A DNA stretch of 63,718 nt, counting the filler, from Olpidium bornovanus S191 (taxonomy: Eukaryota; Fungi; Olpidiomycota): the NCBI GenBank assembly GCA_017911155.1. It is 31 parts of 31 records of this genome, joined end to end, with 100 filler letters (N's around TTAATTAATTAA, not from the genome) between each part and the next. Parts side by side here need not be neighbours in the genome. Positions count along the whole stretch, not along the records: positions 62,108 to 63,718 come from JAEFCI010008501.1; 30 more parts are not named here. One strand, given 5' to 3'. The notes under the pieces were generated by a model that was not told where the DNA came from, ran no database searches, and saw only the letters and a program-made list of their open reading frames with translations. Positions 62,218 to 63,718 of the stretch are shown in pieces; the stretch's first letter is position 1; each line of letters begins with the position of its first letter. The position numbers and the translations under genes are program-made.

Positions 62218-62677
62218 AGCGGGATACCATGAAGTACGGTGAGCTTTCGTCGAGGAACGCGTTTTCCTTCCACCCCGCTTTCCCCCGTTATTTTTTTCCG
62301 TTCCGTTTTTTGATTGGGATTTTTTTTTCTCGCCCGCTTCTCCTGCTCGTCCCCGGCGCCGCGCGGCAGATTTTTTCCAATGTTTGTCCATCGCCGGCGG
62401 CCTCCTCCTTCTCTTCAACATGGGTCCCGGAGGCATATCGGTCGACGGTAAGAAAAAGGCGGTTTCGTTGTTGAGGTTACGCGCCCCCCTTCGGGTGTCG
62501 ACATTGAAAAAGAACGAAAAAGATGAAAAAATTATTAACGGACGAACCTCACCCAATTTCGACGTTGGGCGTTCTTCCCATTGCTCTTTTCCTACTGCTC
62601 CTCCTCCTCCTTTCTCCTCCTTTTCTTTCCCATCCTTCTCCTCCTCGATCTGAACAGAACGGAAAAAGGAGTACTAG
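62218..62677 (+). CDS. ERV29: ER cargo receptor Erv29/SURF4, last three exons
   Basis: RDTMKY | DFFQCLSIAGGLLLLFNMGPGGISVD | ERKKEY* matches the SURF4 tail (KYDFFQT.S.IGGLL..GPGG.S.DEKKKEW) with a KKxx retrieval signal. Confidence 0.9.
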
Positions 62678-63592
62678 GCGTCCAAAAAATAAAAAAATGC
62701 TTCCCCGACTCCTCCGCGACGGACCCGTGTCCCGACGCGGGTTGCGGTCTTTCGTCGGCAAATCTTTCCCTCTCCCCTTTTTTTTCGGTTCCTGTTCATT
62801 CGCTTCAAAACGAGATCGCACATCTTGCCATCAGGAAAGCCAGACGCGGTGCGAGTCGGGCGAGGTTTGCGAAAGCGGACTGCCGACGGTTGTTCTTTTC
62901 TTTCTTCCGCTCGTGGGAAAGAATCGGAGTGGAGCACGGGGGAAAGAGGAAGGGGTGGAGGATTCCTTTTTTTTTTCTTTCTCGAAACTTCGTGAATAGA
63001 GGGAACCGACGATCGGGATGGCATCCAACGAGGAAAAAGAGGGGCATCGGGAGGGACCGGTCCGACCTCCCCCTCCCCACTAGCCGTGCTAGAAGACAGA
63101 GGTGGGGAGGGCCAAAAAGGAACCCGTAGACAGCACGTAAACTGCAGACCAACAACCCTTGTTGTCCCCCGGGCGGAATCCGTCGAATTATAGACCTGGA
63201 GCAGACGGCCCCGCAACGCAGGGGAACGTAATTTCCGCCACGCTGCGAGCTTGCGTCCTGCGTCGTATCCTCGTCCTCCCTTCCTTACCGGCTCTAATTC
63301 TCCAACAAGCCCGCCGTCACTGCCCGCCGGGGGAAGGGCGCGCAGAACGCGAAATTCTCAGCCACCGCCCGCCGGCGACTGATACCCGAACAGGACGGCG
63401 GGTTCGCTGTTGTTTTTTTTGTTTTTTTTCATATCTGGCCTCTCAAAATCGGGCGCGGGGCGGAGAAATGCGGGGGAAAGAGGTGAGCGTGCGGGGGCGG
63501 GGTGGGGGCGGGGGCGGGTGAGTCGAGAGGAGAAGACACGAGAGAACGAGAGAGAGAGAGGCAGAACCTCACCCTCGCCAAACGCCGGAAAG

Positions 63593-63629
<37 letters not shown>

Positions 63630-63718
63630 AAACCCCAAAAAGCCCCCCAACGCCGGGGGGGGGGGGGGGGGGGACCCCCCCCCCCCCCCCCCCCCCCTCC
63701 CCCCCCCCCCCCGGGCCC

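Overview
This is not a continuous locus. It is a concatenation of 31 short unordered contigs (about 1.3-6 kb) joined by 30 identical artificial 100-nt spacers (44 N + TTAATTAATTAA + 44 N), so adjacency across spacers means nothing. The DNA is from a GC-rich, intron-rich eukaryote with many poly-G/C tracts and CT/GA microsatellites. A division-2 chitin synthase together with a ciliary AHI1/Jouberin exon, cyclin Y and WDR7 points to a flagellated (zoosporic, early-diverging) fungus. An Olpidium/chytrid-like source is inference only. Host genes or fragments recognised by motif: F-box/WD40, TRM9-like methyltransferase, RPL39 (complete), MyTH4-RhoGAP, IRC3 helicase, SKP1 (complete), cyclin Y, a Zn2Cys6 factor, chitin synthase, tRNA-Lys(CTT), VID27, an Mrc1-like protein, SHP1/p47, WDR7, bacterial-type AlaRS, a BTB protein and ERV29/SURF4. 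Mobile DNA: several decayed, often nested Ty1/copia pieces, a Tc1/mariner-like transposase tail and a DIRS-type adenine-methyltransferase domain next to a Gag-like ORF. Most interesting: (1) a Ty1/copia element with a classical chromodomain between integrase and RT; (2) a herpes-UL9-like origin-binding SF2 helicase whose putative introns share a palindromic motif; (3) a signal-peptide RING-H2 protein (candidate secreted E3-ligase effector) whose RING appears to need a 21-nt intron. All family assignments come from manual motif recognition; no database searches were run.
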